Shown: positions 38,798 through 51,879 of the stretch, one piece after another
Layout: each line of letters begins with the position of its first letter
Numbering within the stretch: the stretch's first letter is position 1
From: Lama guanicoe
Lineage: Eukaryota
Assembly: GCA_013239625.1 (NCBI GenBank)
Contig: MU054187.1
Coordinates: 11,553,231-11,617,230, forward strand
Direction of reading: 5' to 3'
DNA length: 64,000 bases
The notes under the pieces: generated by a model
Databases searched by the model: none
The model's input: the letters and a program-made list of their open reading frames with translations, nothing else
What the model was told of the DNA's origin: nothing
Position numbers and translations under genes: made by a program

Positions 38798-40402
38798 AAA
38801 CCTACACTCCTAGCCACCTTGCTGTATCTTCTAATTGGGCTTTACATAATTTTTAGGAACTCACCTATTGATGAAGATGAAACATGTCTCATCAATATAG
38901 AAACATTTAAGTGGACTGAAGGATGGAGCAGTCTAAGTTCAAACGATACATGCTATTGCTTCGGAATAAACACAGAAAACCAGCTACTCAGAGAGCCGTG
39001 ACCTCTGTAATGCCTAGGATACGGGTTTTTCCAGGGCTGCCTAATCTTTCAGTCACTGACTGTGGTTTCATTCCCAGCTGGAGACTCCTCCCCAGCCTGC
39101 TCTGCATTCCTTTCCTTACTAGGGACCTTGAGCATCACGGGACAAGCTTGCCATGAAGCCCATCCCTCAGAAAGCAGCGGCCCACCTGCCGCCACACCCC
39201 ACCACTGAGTACCACTGAGTCTGAGAATAGCGGGTCAGTCACGGGGAGGGAACCCCGCCTCACTCCCGCAGAGCCAATCTTGTAAAGACAGACGAGATCA
39301 GTCCTGGCGTCCTGGGATCCTGAATCACAAACACCACAGAGCAGCATCCTTTTAATAAAAAAATACAGAAATGTAGGGGGCTGTGCAGAACGATCACGAG
39401 CTCAGGGCTGCCTGTCTTGTCAAACGTTCCTTCCTCAATACAAAGACACTCGAAAAGAGCTCTTTACAAAATTCGCTCAAATCCCCTTCTCTCCTCTTTT
39501 GTTGATGACAATTTTGATAATTATCTGATTGCACAAAAAGTCCCCAAATCCAGGTTGAGGTGCTATATGATTTTTATTATTGTTAGTGTCAGCTTCGGCA
39601 CATTCAGCGCTGGTGCCTGACCTGTATGCTCCGTTCTCTCTGGATGGCAGTGATACCCTGATAATCGTTCTGTTTCCTTTGCTGTAATTAATGACCCCAT
39701 ATTAGCAGAATGTACCACTTGGACCATCAGGGGAGTGGTTTTAAAGGATTTAGTGTTCCATCTGGGGACTGCAAAACCTGTCATCACGGAATGGGACGCA
39801 AACGACAAATGAGTTGTCTTATGTCATTCCGTCTGTGAAAATCAGAGCTGTCAGAGTCTAAACTTAGTTCACCCACACTGAGGGACGACCAGGGGAACAG
39901 GCACGGGTACAGTGGAAATGCAACGTCTAAACGTCGCAGTCTTCTTTCCTTCCTTTAGCTGGTTTTGTTGGTGCAATTTCACACCAGAGGAAAAAAATGT
40001 GACTTTTCCCAACAGAAAAGAACTGTTGTGAAAGTTCACCCATTTTGGACCCAGGATCCGTTTTAAATGCCAGTGCAGAAACAGAAAAGTGCTCCAACAA
40101 GAAATAAGAGATGTACAGGTACATGAAAATAAGCATTTCTCCCTGGATTCGTTCATCCTCTTTGGGCTTTCCTCAAGGGAAAAAAAATACTTTTAGGAAG
40201 AAAAGTCTGAAGCCCTGGAAACAATTTTCACTAGTCTTAGAAAATGTTTTTTGATGAATATCTTTTATACATGTAACAAAAAAGAAAACCAGAGAACAAA
40301 CAAAGTAATCCAAGCCGTTGAAAAACTAATAAAATTAACTCCCTCATATGCCACCGAGATAGAATCTTCTCAGTCTCCTGCAATTTAAAGATCAGAATCC
40401 TG

Positions 40403-40563
40403 GGCGGGGGAGGGGATAGCTCAGTGGTAGCGCACATGCTTAGCACGCACGAGGTCCTGGGGTCAGTCCCCAGTACCATTAAAACAAGTAATAAAGTAAG
40501 TGAATAAATATATAAATCTAATACCTCCCCACAAAAAAAGAACTTTAAAAAATTTTTTTTAAA
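40403..40563 (+). mobile_element. tRNA-derived camelid SINE (Vic-1-like)
   Basis: ggatagctcagtggtagcgcacatgcttagcacgcacgaggtcctgggg; degenerate TSD taaagatcagaatcctg / taaagaccaagatcctg. Confidence 0.9.
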
Positions 40564-42254
40564 TAAAGACCAAGATCCTGATGTCCGCCAAGTGCAAAGC
40601 CCACGGTGGGAAACACAGTACATAGGAGGGAGGACCTGAGCTGGACCAGAAGAGTTAGCAGAGCTTTCAGATGTGTAAGTGGGACCGGTGGCCTCCGAGA
40701 CCCCTGAAGAGGGAAACTGAAACTGAAACATTCTGGGGCAGGACATCTCTAGGATGGAGAGTTTGGGGGAAACCTGGGGCACATGAAGGGGAAAACAGGA
40801 AGTAAGATAAGAAACCTGGTCACCTCCCAGCTGAGAAGTTTAGACTCTACTCTGTAGACAAATGGAGATTCATCAAAGGTAACTAAGCCGAGCAGAATTA
40901 GGCAGAAACTATACAAAGATTAATTTCTCAAAAAGAGGTGGCTGGAATTGGAGTCGGGGAGAGACTGCAGTTAGAGACACCACCCCCAAAGCACTCAGTA
41001 CAGGCAAAACCATGACCCCGGGTTCTGACGACTAAGTAAAAACCAAGTACTGGCCCACCCTTGTTTTATGACATGGGAGTGGGTGACTTTAGATTGGAAG
41101 GATCTTAGGGATCATTTAGCCAAAAATTCACAAACCTATGGCCAAATAAAGCTGCCGCTAAAGCCCACACATTCATATGTTTTAGTTTTCAGGATTAATT
41201 GCCAAAACTAATTTTAAAGTCAGGAGATTTCAGATGAAAGATTCCAGATTGCTGGCATTTGTCACATTGGATTCAAGGCCCTCAGTTACCTGCTTGGCCC
41301 ATATGAGCCTCTAAGTTTGAGATCCTTTGATTTGGGCCAATTCCGTTTTAGCCTTCCCTACACCAACCTTAAAAATGAAGAAACGGAAACCTGAGGAAGG
41401 AAGGTAAATAAAATTTCCCAAAGTTTCATCAACAGTTATTGGCAAAATCAATGAGGGATGATGTGGTACCCTGACAATTCTACCCCCTGCAGCAACTGGA
41501 CATATGTGGTCTCTGGTCCTCACAAGCCTTAAAAAGTAGACATCATTATTCCCATTTCATAGGAGGAAATGAGCTGAGCGAGAGAGGCTAGGTAACGTGT
41601 CCCAGGCTGGTGTGGTGGAGACAGTGTTCAAACCTAGATGCACCCTAGTCCTTTTTATACACAATTAGTCTGAGATCCTGGAGCCAGGAAAACCTGCTCG
41701 AAATTTGGACTGGCCATCAGCTGGCTGTGTGACAACAGGCTGTCACTCAGCCCATCTGAGTTTCAGCTTTTTGGTCTCTAAGCTGGAATGAACACATATC
41801 GAACAGCAGTGAGCACACACAGTAGGAATCCCAGTGTTCACTTGTGCCATATGTTGTGCCAAGATCCCTACACTCCATGAAACTGTCATCCACATTGTCA
41901 ATGGAAAAAACTGGGATTTTGAAAGGATGCCACGGCCCTGGGTAGTGACGAGCAGTCTGGATCTGCTCTCTGGTCCAGTCACCCACACCCTCCACCAGCT
42001 TCCTGACGGGGCACCACATACCCAGCAGGTGCTCAGCAACTCAGAGCTCCTCCCCCTGCCGTCTGTCTTACTCCACGCAATCAGACCACTGGTTTTTCTG
42101 CCCTCTAGTACCTCCTTCCTTCCAGTTTTTCAAGGAAAGTAAGATTGTTTCTCCTCCACTCTCAGTAATGTCGACATGCTTTTAGAATTGAACTTGCTAT
42201 ACATGTCAACAGTGTACACTATGGTTCTTAAACTTTTATTTAAATGCTGTCATG

Positions 42255-42653
42255 GTAAAGAAAATGTGGTATATATACACAATAGAATACTACTCAGCCA
42301 TTAAGAAGAATGAAATAACGCCATTCGCAACAACATGGATGGACTTGGAGAGTATCACACCAAGTGAAGTCAGACAGAGAAAGACAAATGGCATATGATA
42401 GCACTTATATGCAGAACTTAAAAAAAATGTTACAAATGAACTTATTACAAAACAGAACAGACTCAGACATAGAAATCAAATTTATGGTTACCAAAGGGGA
42501 AATGGGGTGGGGGAGGGATAACTTAGGAGTCTGGGATTAACAGACACACACTACTATATATAAATTAGATAAACAACAAGGTCCTACTGCACAGCATAAG
42601 GAACTACATTCAATATCTTATAATAAGCTATAATGGAAAAGAATCTGAAAAAC

Positions 42654-42691
<38 letters not shown>

Positions 42692-42790
42692 CATTTGAAT
42701 CACCATGCTGCACACAAAAAACTAACACAACCTTGTAAATCAACTACATTTCAATTTTTAAAAATTGATTAAATAAATAAATAAATAAAT
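42255..42790 (+). mobile_element. Cetartiodactyl-type L1 3' end containing a (TA)n run (about 42654-42691)
   Basis: aaagaaaatgtggtatatatacacaatagaatactactcagcc...ggttaccaaagggga...aactaacacaaccttgtaaatcaactac. Confidence 0.9.
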
Positions 42791-43165
42791 ATCCTGTCCA
42801 AAATTCATACGTTGAAGCCACAATCCCCTGTGTTCCATACTGTGGCTGTATTTGGTAACAGGATCTCTAGAGAGGCAAGTAAGTTAAAATGAAGTCAGTA
42901 AGGTGAGCTCTGGTCCAATATTACTGGTGTCCTTAGAAGCAAAAGAAATTTGGACACAGACAGGTAGAGCAGGAAGACCATGTGAAGACACAGAGAGAAC
43001 AGCGATGGCTCATCTCCAAGTCCAGAAGAGAGGCCGCAAGAGAAATCCCCTCTCCTGACACCTTGACCTCCACTGTTTAGCCTCCCGAATTGTGAGAAAA
43101 TAAATTTCCCTTGTTTAAGCCAATCTGGGCTCCTTCCCTATGGCAACGCTAGCAAAAGAATACAA
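42791..43165 (+). mobile_element. MLT1A/B-like MaLR LTR
   Basis: aaattcatacgttgaagcc...tgtggctgtatttgg...actggtgtcctt...gcctcccgaattgtgagaaaataaatttc. Confidence 0.8.
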
Positions 43166-43853
43166 ATACTGATGAAAACAAAATCAAATATTTAAAAATA
43201 ACAATAAAACAATAATTTATTTCAAAGTTCATTCTTAAAGAAATTCCAGGACTTTAAACATTTCTGATGGTAAGAAAAAGTTGTAAAATTGTTCAAAATT
43301 CACTTTTCAGACTAAACTGGAAGAAGAGGACTTAAAACACCCCATGATGCCTGTTACTCTCCCATGGGGTGCATTTTAATCCATGAGGAATGTTACAATG
43401 ACTGATAGGGAAAAACACTGTGATTGGGACATATTAAAAAATAAAAGCAATTTAGATCAAAATAATGTAATCAGTAAGTGAGCAATATAAAAGAAGAAAA
43501 AAAAAGTCAAATATGTATGCCCAATTGGAAAAGAAATGAAATATATTGTACCTGTGCTAATCCCAAATCTTAAAACATCCCTAAGATCTGGAAGTATATG
43601 AGAAAACACAGATCTGGGAGAAAGTGACAACCCATAAATAAACAAGTGGACATGATATCCGTGCGTCCAGATTTTTCTCAAATCAGGCTTCTCATACTGG
43701 TGCTGTGTGTCCCCAGGGGCCCTGGGCCACATGCCAGTAATAAAGTCACACAATAAACATGGAGCTTCTTCCTAGAAAGTCATCTTTATTAAGTTTTGGA
43801 AATATGACAAACAGAGATGTCTTAAAAGAAAAATTCAGATATATAGTTTTATT

Positions 43854-44063
43854 CTTTTTTTAATTTTTTAAATTGAAGTATAGTCAGTTACAATGTATCA
43901 GTTTCTGGTGTACAGCATAATGTCCCAGCATGTATATACATACATATATTTATTTTCATATTCCTTTTCATTAAAGTTATTGTAAGTATTAAATATAGTT
44001 CCTTGTGCTATACAGAAGAAATTTGTTTTTTATCTGTTTTTATATATAGTGGTTAACCTTTGC
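43854..44063 (-). mobile_element. Short lineage-specific L1 3' end with TSD
   Basis: ttgaagtatagtcagttacaatg...atatagttccttgtgctatacag; flanks aaaaattcagatatatagtttta / aaaaattcagatttatactttta. Confidence 0.85.
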
Positions 44064-44459
44064 AAAAAAAATTCAGATTTATACTTTTAAATAAAATAGG
44101 ACCCTTTTAAGAAATGTAGTTCTTGCTTGAAGGTCACTTAGGGCTACTGGCATCCCAGACTCCCTGGGGTATGTCGCCACTCCCTTCAGTCCAGCCACTT
44201 TTGTGAAAAGTTTAAAAAGTACCTTTATCTGGTGCCAGTTTTATCCTCAAGAGATATGTATTTTATTTAGAGGGCTCTGGGAAAGAAAAAATATATATAT
44301 CTCAACCACACAGTTTGAAATTCTCTTAAATTGGCCACATAAAACTTTTTCAAACAAAACATGCTATCAACCATCCACACTTTTGTATGGATTACATCAT
44401 TCGTATCTTTTCCTCAATAACTGAAACCAACCACCTTTAGAAATTGGAGGTGGGGAAGG

Positions 44460-44980
44460 GAGGTAATCAGGGTTCCCATGGGAAAAGTCACCAACTCTAC
44501 TGGGTCTTTTGAGGGGACTGTTCACCAAGATGTGGCAAAGTGTCAGGGAGCAAAGAGGGATGTGCAGTGCCCTGGAGATCATAACAAGGGTATGCTACAC
44601 TATTACCACACCAGGATTGAAGGGGCAGAGGGAAAGGGCTGGAGGCAGTTTTCAAAGTCAGACAGAGAATGCTGCACGGGGAAAGCCACAAGACGGGAGC
44701 CCTTGCCTTCAGGAGAGGGAAAGGCCAGCCTGCAGTGACCCTGGGTGAACAAACGGTCTTGGGTCCTCACTCCTCTCCCGATCTCTGATCTCCGGCTGGT
44801 TGGAAGCCACCGGGAGCCGAGGGAGCAAGGGAGACCACAGAAGCCATCTGTACAAGTCAGTCTCCGGACACAGAATGGACTGCAGGGCGGTGGAGCGCTG
44901 ATCTGGAGCGAGCTCGGGAGGGCTGAGCAGAGAAGACTGACTGGGCATGGAGGCGCTGGCAGGGGACCAGAAGCACTGAA
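44460..44980 (-). mobile_element. Old ERVL-type LTR (LTR40/41-like)
   Basis: tcagggttccc...gggactgttcaccaagatgtggc...ccacaccaggattgaaggggcagaggg...gggagcaagggag. Confidence 0.45.
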
Positions 44981-45149
44981 AGGATGAAAGCTTTGAAAAT
45001 GTTTCGACAAGGAAAGACCTCAGATTCTGTTTTCAAAAACTTAAAGCTTTACTATGGAAAAGGATTTAGAGTATATGAATGTAGGTTTCTGCTGAAAAGT
45101 CCGCAAGGACATGTCAGCTGCTGGAGATGAATAAAAGGGAAACAGGCTG

Positions 45150-45697
45150 CTTTAAGAGACCGTACAGTTGGCGCCTTGTGCAGCAGATAATTTCCTGTGA
45201 CCAACACTCTTTCACTGACCATCTTCCACCTCCACTCCCAGGAGCCTACCCAGCCCGGCGGCCAGAGGAGCAGGCATGTGTGGTGAGGAACCACATTGTC
45301 CCGCCAGTGACTGCTCCAGGCCTAGGCATGGGACCAGAAGGGCAGCCAGAATCCTTCCCTGGGCTTGTACCAATGGAAGCTGAGAGAGAGAGAAAAAAAC
45401 ACTTTTCCTTTTGCACCACCGTGCTGGACTGTTGAAAGTCTGGCACTGCCTGAAGCCATGTTCCACGCCACGTGGAACAGTCCAACCTGCAGTGTTAGAG
45501 AATGAGGCCACGCATGGTGAGGAGTGATGGAGACAGAGAAAGATAGTCCTGACCGGAACAACTGGGTCTCTCCTTTGAGCTGTCCCTGAGGTGAGTGCCT
45601 TCTGTCCTTCTGTCTTATGTGAGGCAATACATTTCCCCGTTTGCGAGACTGATTTGAATTTAGTTTCTGTAACTTGCAACCAAAAGCATCCTGACTA
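45150..45697 (+). mobile_element. Old MLT1 (J-like) LTR
   Basis: ...agatagtcctga...tgtgaggcaatacatttcc...gtttctgtaacttgcaaccaaaagcatcctgactaat. Confidence 0.65.
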
Positions 45698-45698
45698 A

Positions 45699-46130
45699 TG
45701 TTATGGACTTAACTCTGTACTCCCCACATACAAAAAAAGATCTGTTTGTTGAAGTCCTAACACCCAGTACCTCAGAAGGTGACCTTACTTGGAAATAGGG
45801 TCTTTATAGAGGTAACAAGTTAAAATGAGAACATTAGGGTGGGTCCTGATCCAACATGACTGCCGTCCTTATATAAAAAGGTGAAATCTGGAGACAGCCA
45901 CAAAGAGAAAGCGCCATGTGAAGAATGGAATTATGCTGCCACAAGCCAAGCGACCACCAGAAGGCAGGAGAGGGGCCATACCAGAGCCTGCCTTCCCTTC
46001 GAGCCCTCAGAAGGAGCCAATCCTGCCAACACCTTAATCCAGACTTCTGGCCGCCAGGACTGCCAGATAGTCCGTGTCTGTTCTTGACGTCACTGAGGCA
46101 CTGTTACAGCAACCCGGGCCAGCTGACACA
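45699..46130 (+). mobile_element. MLT1B/C-like MaLR LTR
   Basis: tgttatggac...gttgaagtcctaacacccagtacctcagaa..tgaccttacttggaaatagggtctt...gaaggagccaatcctgccaacaccttaatccagacttctggcc. Confidence 0.85.
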
Positions 46131-46665
46131 CCCCACAGCTAGGGTGCGGCAGAAAGGGTGCGTGCAGAGAGCTGAACTAGACGATTTCCAAAGTCTTCCA
46201 GCTCTGAGGTGAGGATTGCAGGTATGGATAGTTAGCCCCCAAGAAGCAAAAGCTGAGTCTCTTTTCACTGGGAGTGGTGTAGGTATAGCTGCTAATTCAG
46301 AGCCTGCCTTCATAGCCCACCAAAGCACCCCACACCTGACCGAGGCAGCCAGCCGAGCAGTGTTTTACTGCAGACTTGCTTACAGTCATCAAATACAGGC
46401 ACTAAAAAAGAAAACAAAATAATACAAATGGTTTTGGAGATCCTTGTGAATTATACGGGAACAAATATATAATAGATAAACATAAAGCAGCTGATATAAA
46501 CCAAGTTATCAGACAGTGCAAACCAACACCCGTGACTCATCACCTCCAGTGAAGCATCTCTGTTGACTTCCTGTGCCCCAGTCCACCACTAGGACAGAGT
46601 CTATAGGAGCCTCATTTTCAAGCCTTTTGTTTCATTTACATGGAATAAAAGTGAACCCACCTAAA

Positions 46666-46795
46666 GTAGGAGGAATTTTTGTTTATCTGTTTTGTTGTTT
46701 TAGTTTTTTTTTTTTAATGGAGGTACTGGAGATTGAACCCAGGACCTCGAGCGCACTAAGTACACACTATCACTGAGCTACATAGCCACCTACCC
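46666..46795 (-). mobile_element. tRNA-derived camelid SINE (Vic-1-like)
   Basis: aatggaggtactggagattgaacccaggacctcg...cactgagctac. Confidence 0.85.
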
Positions 46796-49048
46796 TGGCC
46801 GAAAATCTTTGTTTAAATTGTTCCTAAGGCCTACAGAGTTCTCCAAATGTGAAATACTATAAGAAACTGGGAAAATATTAAACCAATACCAAGTTTATTT
46901 CTTAATGAATTTCTGGTTTCCAGTTTATTGGCTTGGGAGGCCCCATGCTTTTTCCAATAATAGTTCCATCGCTCATTTGGAGCTTGGATTGTCAAACAAC
47001 CAAATTCGCTATTGCTAGTTTAAGTAGTAAGGAATTGATTGGAGAGTATTAGCCACACATGGAATCTCCAAGAGGTCAGGGAAGCAGACTTGGTTATTAC
47101 GCGGCCAGAGCCAGTATCTGGAAAAAGGATTATGGGACACTCCCAGTCAGAACCCCAGTGCAACCACCTCAGGTTACTTGGCACCTCCAACATTAGGCAG
47201 CAGAACCTTGAACCTCGGCAAGAACTGCCCCAGAAGAACCAAATTCCTCCTCTGCTGTTCCCTCCAAGAGCAACTCACTTCCCTGCCTGGCCACCAGCTC
47301 TCACAGCTCACTCCTCCATCCACGTCCCTTGCCGATGTCCTGGTTCAGCAAAACCAGCCACATCTGGGCCCCCAGCTGCAAAAAGGCCCAGGAAAGACAG
47401 ATTGTAGCTTCCCAGCCCCTCCCATATAGGAAAGCATGCAAGAAGTGTGGGCTGATCCACAAAACTGCCTTCAGAACTAGTTTGTCAACCGTAGGAGAAA
47501 ACCGTATTTCAGGATCCTACGGTCACAATTTGGTTTGACAAAAAATACATTTAGTGGATTTGATCAGACACTATATTTTCACTGTTGACTCGGAAAATCT
47601 TTTTGGTTTCCAAAGAATATAGTCCAGTCCCAAATTCTGATAGTTTCAATCACTGAAGGCATTCAAAGGATTTTGCTGTAAGGTCTGAACATTTTACCAG
47701 AAAAGTCCACAAAAATTTGGCTGATGGTGGCAATATTGAAAGCAATTTTTAGTATCTCCAAAATCCTACTATGGGTAGGGGCAGCACTCATCGGGATGGA
47801 GACATTCTGGAATGTTTGCTTATTAATCAATCCTGTTAGTAATAGACACTCCTCACTGGAGTTACCCTCCAGCTTCCTCCAAGGAAGGCTGCCAAAACAC
47901 CTGGCAGCGAGCAAAGCTCATCAGCATTTGACTTCCTGCCAGAATCTTACAACCATCAACCTTTCAAAAGGAGCCTCTGGTTAATGGGTCTTGCAGACAA
48001 CAAGACCGCAATGACTCAATACCGAGATGGAAGGCCTCTCATAAAACAAACATGCTTCAAAAAATCATATTACCATTTTCCCCTTTGGTTGAATTGGCCT
48101 CTTTTTAAGGTTCTAATGACCTAAAATCAAGTTTTAATTTAAAAGTTCCACTGCGTGTTCTTAGACAGTATTTAGAGCCCGTGCAATTTTGCTGTGCCAA
48201 TGCAAAATTCTGGACAAGAGCCAAACCCCTACTTAGAGTTCAGACTTAGTTCTTTCAGGCAATGGAATTCTCCTTACAAATGCAAAGGTGAGTGGCTTTG
48301 CTTTTTACGCTTAGTGTACACATATTCATTCTTATAGGCACCCATCAGACTGATATTGGGAGGGAATCAGGAGGAATGAGGACTATTCAAATCACACTAC
48401 TTGAAATGATTTAGAAATCATTTTGCAGATGTGAAATGACAATGCACGTCCTCCACCAGGTGGTGTCCAGTCACAGTCAGGACCGAGATGGACAAGAGTC
48501 AAAGAGCCACAGCTCAGGACTGGCTCCTGTGTGGGCTCCTCCCAGGCATTTCTTTCGCTGCTCAATAACACAAGGCTGTTTTCATCTTCTGACCTTTTTC
48601 CAGTTTCACCTCGCACAGTGTTACTCTGTATCTACAATGCCCCTCTCCAGTGTAGATTCTCAGTACATACAGGGCACAATAACCCTAAAGAAAAGACAGG
48701 CCTCAGTCAGGTGCACTGCAAATCCAAGGAAGCTAAGCCTCAGGGCCTCTCATTTGCACGACTTCTAATAATAGCCTGGGAGGGCCCCTACACATGCACT
48801 TAAGTGTTCATATGTTTTTACAAAGTTGCAAAGGCAAAGTGTTTTTAACTATAATCCAAGAAGACCTTGGTCACTCTCCAATGCAACTTCCCCTCCTACC
48901 TGTTGGCACTGGAATTTCCATGGGCATCTGTGGGATCCAAGTAAGGGGAAACAGGGCTCAGGAGTCTTCTTATTTCTAGCACCAGAGGTCACACTGGGAC
49001 ACTGTGCCTGCCAACTTACAGAGAGTGGTGAGAAATAAGGAAGTGTAC

Positions 49049-49533
49049 TGTAGCAGCCAGGGTTCTCCAGAGAAACAAAACTAATGAGAGAGAGAGAGAG
49101 ATGATTGATAAATTGATAGACAGATAGATAGATATGGATCTATTATAAGGAAATATGGAGGCAAAGTCTCAAGAAATACAGCCAGCAAACTAGAGACCCA
49201 GGGGAACAGCTGGGATAAATTCTAGTCTAGAAGCCAGCAGGCTCGAGATCCAAGGAAAACTGGTTTTTCAGTTCATTCCAAAGGCAGGGAAAGGGCCATG
49301 TCCCAGCACAGTCAGGCAGAAGGAGGCCCCTCTTATCCAGCCTTTTTGTTCTATTCAGATCTTCAATTGCCTGGATGAGGCCACCCACACTGGCAACCTG
49401 CTTTACTCAGTCTACCAATTCAAATGTTAATCTTACCCAGAAACACCCTCACAGACATACCCAGAATAATGTTTAGCCAGAAGTCTGAGCATCCCATGAC
49501 CCAGTCAAGTTGACACCTAAAATTAAGCATCAC
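49049..49533 (-). mobile_element. MLT2 (ERVL) solo LTR
   Basis: cagggttctccagagaaac...ctgctttactcagtctaccaattcaaatgttaatc...ccagtcaagttgacacctaaaattaagcatcac. Confidence 0.88.
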
Positions 49534-49961
49534 GTGTACCAAGCCAGAAAATCCTGCCAAATCTTACAGCTCACATGTGGATGGCTTCTTACTAGAGATT
49601 TTCTGAAATTTGACAACAATCCTAAAACTCACATAACATGACCAATAATGAACTGTGAAGCTGAAACAAACCTTTCTAAACTATCCGGAATAAAACCAAA
49701 TGGATCAGTTGCAAAAGAAAAGATTAAATTTTTTTATTCTCTCCATAGAATATATTACAAATTTGCTGTCAAATGAAGAGGCAATCAAAAAGTATGCAGT
49801 CAAGAAATTTAGAAGAAAAAAGTATCCAAGGTGTATGACTGGCAGTTAATTAACAAAAGTATTGTTATTTCTCTGGTTTATTTTTATGTCTGTGGTGTTT
49901 GTTAGCTTTTTAAACTTTATAATTTGTTGGGATTTTTTTTTCAGTCTAAATAAATGTCCTC

Positions 49962-50125
49962 GGGGGAGGGTATAGCTCAACTGGTAGAGCACATGCTTGG
50001 CATACACAAGGTCCTGGGTTCAATCCCCTGTACCTCCTCTAAAAATAAATAAATAAGTAAACTGAATTACCTCCCCCCCCAAAAAAATTTAAAACAAAAT
50101 GAAAAAATTTTAATAAATAAACAGA
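49962..50125 (+). mobile_element. tRNA-derived camelid SINE (Vic-1-like) with a perfect 15-bp TSD
   Basis: ggggagggtatagctcaactggtagagcacatgc...gtcctgggttcaatcccc; TAAATAAATGTCCTC at 49947-49961 and 50126-50140. Confidence 0.93.
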
Positions 50126-50304
50126 TAAATAAATGTCCTCTTTCACACCTAATTTTGTGTCTATGACTTTGTATTCTTTTTCTTAGAGATGGTCTCTGAC
50201 ATTGCTTAAGACCCAGGAAACATGTCGCTTGGCAGGTCTACATCATTTCATAAAATAAAAATTTTTCAACCTGTTATGGCCCTTAGAGACCTTTCCAGTT
50301 AAGT

Positions 50305-50463
50305 TGTTTAATTCCAGATGCACCTTTAAATCAACTGGGGACCTTGTCCCAAAAACTAATGCCTGGGCCAATTAAATGGGCATCTCTGGAAATGGGGCCT
50401 GCCATCGCATCTTTTAAAAGTTCCCCAGTTGACTCTACAGCACAGCCAGGTTGAAAACCACTG
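50305..50463 (+). mobile_element. MER5-like hAT element
   Basis: aatcaactggggacc...aatgcctgggcc...catctctggaaatggggcctg...ttttaaaagttcccca...cagccaggttgaaaaccactg. Confidence 0.65.
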
Positions 50464-51561
50464 TTTTAGCCTGACCTCTTCCTATTACAGATGATGAAAC
50501 AGAGGCCCAGGCAGAGGCAGGAGCATGCCGCAAGCCACTACGCTACTAAGTGGCAGACTTGAGCTTAGACCAGGAAACTCCTAGCCCAGACCGGAGTACA
50601 ACACTGGTACACTCCTTATTTAATCACAGGAATGCTTGTACATAAAATTAGTGTGGATCACCAGCAGTGCACACTCACAAAGACTTGCTGGCCAGGTTGC
50701 CCAAGAGATTAATGTTTTGCAATCCTTAGGTAGAAACGTACTCTTTTCATTCTGCCCTAGCAGAGAGGCGAAGCCCATTGAATGGTTTAGAGACAAAAGG
50801 TAGAGAATGGAGGTTATAAACAGACTTAAAACTACTGTGTTGACTTAAATGTCAAGGTCATGCCAGACTAAAAGCTCCTAAATATAGGTGTTCTATTTTA
50901 AGCAAAATAGCCCCTTCTGTTTCCATGGCTTTATGTAAAGTTTGCCCCACATTTTTATTTTTTTAAGGCCTTGTTTAGGCCCTATTTAGATAGCAAAAGT
51001 CACTAACACATCCTAGGACTTTAACTTGCATTTAAAGGCTCAAGTGAGAAATCATAGCTACCTCTCTTTGCCTGGATTTCCATGGTTGGGAATGATCTTA
51101 ATAACTCTTCCAGCATAAAATAATACAAGCCTATCATTTCCTTAGTGTTACTATTATGACTTGTACTTACAGGAGTCTACAATGAGTAGGCACAGTGAGT
51201 TGAGTTTTTTCTTTTTTTCTTTGTTGTTTTTTAAATGGTTTTAAATGGTTTCTTTATGGTACATGGCAATATTTTAAGAATATTTTCATTTATATTGCAT
51301 TTTGATAATTAATCCCATACCGTCTCATTTCACAGTCTTAGAAGATTATCTGTTTATGCCTGTTTCCACCATGAGATTGTAAACCTTCAACTTTGCATCT
51401 ATAACAGTATTAGGCACCTAAAATAAACTAGCTATAAATATTACCCAGATTGAATGAACAAAAGCCCTAATTTTTAAAAATTCTATTTATAAAATACTCT
51501 TTTTCTGGCACTTTTTCAAGTCAGCGTGAAGAGCAGTCAACCTTTAATGGAGACATACTAC

Positions 51562-51805
51562 TGTCTTAGTCCATTTGGGCTGCTCCAATGGAATCCACAG
51601 ACTGGGTGGCTTGTAACAACAGAAATCTATTTCTCACACTTCTTGGGCCCTTTGATAAGGGCACTAATCCCATTCATGAGGGCTCCACCCTCATGGCCTA
51701 ACTGCGTCCCCAAAGTCCCACCTCCTAACACCGTCACGTTGGATGCTAGCTTTCAACTTTCAAATTTGGGGGTGGTGGGTAGGGCATAACGTTTAGTCCA
51801 CAGCA
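51562..51805 (-). mobile_element. Internally deleted MLT1A/MST-like MaLR LTR
   Basis: tgtcttagtccatttgggctgct...cacagactgggtggctt...aagggcactaatcccattcatgagggctccaccctcatg...tagtccacagca. Confidence 0.8.
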
Positions 51806-51879
51806 ACCAGTGATCCTGTCATCTGGGAGTTACAGTTGATTTTTACTCTTCCTTAACCACTACCCTCCCTCAGACATCC

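Larger units (their letters stand above)
48695..50235 (+). mobile_element. Zaphod/MER115-like hAT-Tip100 relic with a decayed transposase C-terminal segment (about 49590-49830), interrupted by MLT2 and a SINE
   Basis: Decayed translation NLTTILK...PIMNCEAETNLSKLSGIK resembles the hAT dimerisation domain (S.CEAERxFSKL); 5' part gaagctaagcctcagggcctctcatttgcac. Confidence 0.65.

Noticed and set aside
49962..50040. tRNA-like sequences (this copy and the seven similar ones) as tRNA genes
   Set aside because: Divergent from one another, followed by A-rich tails and flanked by TSDs, so they are SINEs
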